A stretch of DNA of 42,125 nucleotides from positions 1-42,125 of the forward strand of contig CAJXKN010000001.1 in the NCBI GenBank assembly GCA_913055585.1, given 5' to 3'. Positions 39,891 to 42,125 of this stretch are shown here, one piece after another (positions within the stretch are counted from its first letter, which is position 1; each line of letters opens with the position of its first letter). The DNA is from an uncultured Caldisericota bacterium. Lineage in GTDB: Bacteria > Caldisericota > Caldisericia > Caldisericales > Caldisericaceae. The translations under genes and the position numbers were made by a program. Below the pieces are notes generated by a model. That model was not told the origin of the DNA and made no database searches. It saw nothing but the letters and a program-made list of their open reading frames with translations.

Positions 39891-41072
39891 ATGGATTCGT
39901 TGTTGGTAGGTATTGATGTGGGTTGTCGTTGCCACCGTGTGGCAATAGGTACGCCAGATGGTGTTCTTGTGGATCAGTTTGATATGGAACATCGATCTGG
40001 TTCCTTTGCAAATTTTTTCTCTCGTGTTGAGGAGTATGCTCATAAACTGCATCTTTCAGTTAGCGTTGGCATGGAAGGGTATGGAGGTTGGGCAAGGCCA
40101 TTGGATACAATGGTGGTTGATAAAGGTTGGAAGCTGTTAAATGTTAACAATCTAAAACTGGCCAGATTCAAGGAAATCTTTCCATCTCCAGCCAAAACAG
40201 ATGCCATTGATGCAAGAAAGATTGTAGAGTTGATGAGACTTCAGCCAATGCTTCCACAAGCCAAAGCTGTTCTTAGTAATGTTGTAGAAATCTCTAAAGT
40301 CAACCATGAGCTTAAACTTCTTACACGCAGACGCAACAGTTTGGTTGATGAAAAGGTTAGAATCATAGGACGCATGCATTCGGATCTTCAGGCTATTACG
40401 CCTGGATTGGTGGAAATAACAGGAAGCGTTGATAATATGTGGTTTCTAAGTTTTTTAACCAGCAGGGATAATTTCAACGCTCTTGTTCGCATGCATAAAT
40501 CCAGCTTGATGAAAATCAAAGGTGTTGGCAGCAAATATGCAAAGGCTATCAGGAACTGGCAAAAGCACTCTTTTCTATCGAAAGATTCAGACATCATTGG
40601 TGAAATGGTTATAGATGATGCCAATCGTATGCTGGCGCTTATAGAGAAGATTAAGAAGATTGAGCTTCGTATTGAATCACTAATTTCTCAATCTCAACTG
40701 GCTAAAACCATCCAGAGTATTCCAGGTTTTGGTATTATATGTTCTGCTGAGTTGGCTGGAGAAATTGGCACAATTAAGCGCTTTAGTAAAGAAGATAGTT
40801 TAGCAAGATACATTGGAATGGCACCTTTGGATAACAGTTCCGGTCAATATACAGGAGCTAAAGGAGGAAAACAGGTAAACAGGCGTGCCAAAACAGCAAT
40901 GATGACTGCTGCTGCAAGACATTATGCTTGTGTATCTCAATCAAAGACATACTATGATAAAAAACGAGGTGAAGGCAAAAAACACAATCAGGCTGTTCGT
41001 TCATTGGGAAGACATCTAAGCAAAGTGATTTGGTCACTTGTTAAGCACGAAAGAGAATATACTATTCAGTGA
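39891..41072 (+). CDS. IS110-family transposase (DEDD RuvC-like N-domain + Transposase_20 C-domain)
   Basis: 393 aa. GIDVG (first Asp), GMEGYGGW (Glu), AKTDAIDARKI (Asp-Asp). C-terminal IQSIPGFGIICSAELAGEIG..RF....LARYIGMAPLDNSSG with the conserved Ser. SD AAAGGAGG lies 4 nt upstream. Confidence 0.92.
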   Translation: MDSLLVGIDVGCRCHRVAIGTPDGVLVDQFDMEHRSGSFANFFSRVEEYAHKLHLSVSVGMEGYGGWARPLDTMVVDKGWKLLNVNNLKLARFKEIFPSPAKTDAIDARKIVELMRLQPMLPQAKAVLSNVVEISKVNHELKLLTRRRNSLVDEKVRIIGRMHSDLQAITPGLVEITGSVDNMWFLSFLTSRDNFNALVRMHKSSLMKIKGVGSKYAKAIRNWQKHSFLSKDSDIIGEMVIDDANRMLALIEKIKKIELRIESLISQSQLAKTIQSIPGFGIICSAELAGEIGTIKRFSKEDSLARYIGMAPLDNSSGQYTGAKGGKQVNRRAKTAMMTAAARHYACVSQSKTYYDKKRGEGKKHNQAVRSLGRHLSKVIWSLVKHEREYTIQ

Positions 41073-42125
41073 AAAACTGAATAATAACGGGGGAAAATAA
41101 AAATAATACTTGAAAAAACTAATACCTCTCTTCTGTTTATAAGTTCTTTGTTAGTTAAATATTTCAATAACACAATAAGGCTAAAGCCAATAACAAAAAT
41201 ATAACCACTTCTAACTATCTCAAAAAGCCAATAATTCCCATTTGCAAAACTATTTATACTAAAATACCAAGGAATACCATAAGTGATACTATTTAATGAT
41301 GATTGTTCTATAGCATATAAAATAGCTCCATATAACATATCGAATATAGAAGTTAGCATAATAATTAATATATAAAGTGTCAATAAAAAAGCAAGAAATC
41401 GTAATGCAATTTTAGAATCAATAGAAAATATCTTATACAAAGCATATACTCCTAATGGAGTAATTGAAAGTGCCATAATACCACCTTGTCCAGGGGCAAA
41501 CAGTATTGATATAGTAACCAATAAAAGTGAGAAAACTACAAAATAATAATACTTTTTATCTATAAATAGATGTGCTAAAAAAACCAAAAGAACAGCATTG
41601 AAAATATCTATACCCGACACACCAAGATCCCAGCTGGCAAACATCAAAGTAATTATAAAAGCAAAAAATAAATTTAAATACTTTCTAATAACTAATAATA
41701 AAATTGCTACATAAAAAAGCATCAAAAAGTTTTGAATAAATCCAAAATAAGAAGCTTTTAATTCAAAAAAAATATTAACTAAAAAACCATCTAAATAATT
41801 TATTAAACCTCGTGCAGGAACAATATCTTGAAATGGTATCTGCCCATATTTTACCCAACTCCAAAAAGGCAATAAAAACTCACCAAAATGGTAATCATCA
41901 CTTGATACAGATGGAATCACTATCAAATAGGCTTTTGTAAAGAATATTATAGATATAAAAGAAATAGAACTTATGTTTTTAGTCAGCAACTCGTCAGATA
42001 AAAATATTTTTTTAGATATTAGTGCTATGGAAAACAAAACTAAAAAACCAACAACATAATATAAAATATCCGTCATGGGATAAACATGCACCAATTGATT
42101 ACCATCTAAAACTTTCTGAGGAATA
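41066..42125 (-). CDS. polytopic membrane protein, very A+T-rich (hypothetical; Wzy/glycosyltransferase-like topology only)
   Basis: At least 342 aa with about 10 hydrophobic helices. The frame is open to the window edge, so the N-terminus may lie outside. The last 8 codons (PRYYSVFH*) are read from the IS right end, so the native C-terminus is probably replaced. Confidence 0.5.
   Translation of the reverse strand, partial: IPQKVLDGNQLVHVYPMTDILYYVVGFLVLFSIALISKKIFLSDELLTKNISSISFISIIFFTKAYLIVIPSVSSDDYHFGEFLLPFWSWVKYGQIPFQDIVPARGLINYLDGFLVNIFFELKASYFGFIQNFLMLFYVAILLLVIRKYLNLFFAFIITLMFASWDLGVSGIDIFNAVLLVFLAHLFIDKKYYYFVVFSLLLVTISILFAPGQGGIMALSITPLGVYALYKIFSIDSKIALRFLAFLLTLYILIIMLTSIFDMLYGAILYAIEQSSLNSITYGIPWYFSINSFANGNYWLFEIVRSGYIFVIGFSLIVLLKYLTNKELINRREVLVFSSIIFIFPRYYSVFH

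Larger units (their letters stand above)
39623..41093 (+). mobile_element. IS110-family insertion sequence (~1.47 kb; boundaries +/- ~10 nt)
   Basis: Single DEDD/IS110-type transposase ORF, a long non-coding left end, a ~20-nt right end and no terminal inverted repeats. The near-identical 9-mers ATAAAGGGG (39619-39627) and ATAACGGGG (41084-41092) sit at the two edges. Composition changes sharply on both sides. Confidence 0.75.

Noticed and set aside
40152-40624. Minus-strand ORFs 40152..40379 and 40388..40624
   Set aside because: They are antisense to the IS110 transposase, which has all its catalytic motifs on the plus strand.

Overview
This is a low-G+C bacterial chromosomal segment, compact and mostly housekeeping, with many 1-4 nt gene overlaps. 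Gene order, left to right:
- rpe and a PASTA lipoprotein (-).
- coaD, a coiled-coil protein, YceD, asnS and holA (+), then rpsT (-).
- A long minus-strand operon: membrane-anchored beta-propeller-like protein, ligA, gatC, gatA, gatB, secreted GHL10-like protein.
- A MacB/FtsX-type ABC module: two giant permease paralogs, one ATPase, one decayed ATPase stump and a DUF4352 lipoprotein.
- A DUF59-NifX-like fusion and a TPR-CofE-like fusion.
- A split glutamine-type NAD synthetase (CN-hydrolase + nadE) with queT and a LapA-domain protein.
- An MFS transporter, tRNA-Met(CAU), and S1/YabR-like and DivIC/FtsB-like genes.
- A CPA2-CBS-CPA2-ArsB/NhaD transporter operon and an 867-aa membrane protein.
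- Two Roadblock/LC7 proteins with metG and tatD, then nfnAB.
- A 26-codon stump of an AmmeMemoRadiSam radical-SAM gene, an IS110-family element, and a very A+T-rich membrane-protein gene that runs off the window.

I saw no rRNA, CRISPR array or recognisable defence genes. The most interesting observations:
- The IS110-family element carries a roughly 265-nt G+C-rich, helix-dense non-coding left end. I interpret it as a guide (bridge/seek-type) RNA gene.
- The ABC locus has a 355-bp perfect repeat, an ATPase stump and a homopolymer frameshift.
- Several consensus-like promoters abut start codons, suggesting leaderless mRNAs.

All family calls come from reading motifs by eye; no searches were run.
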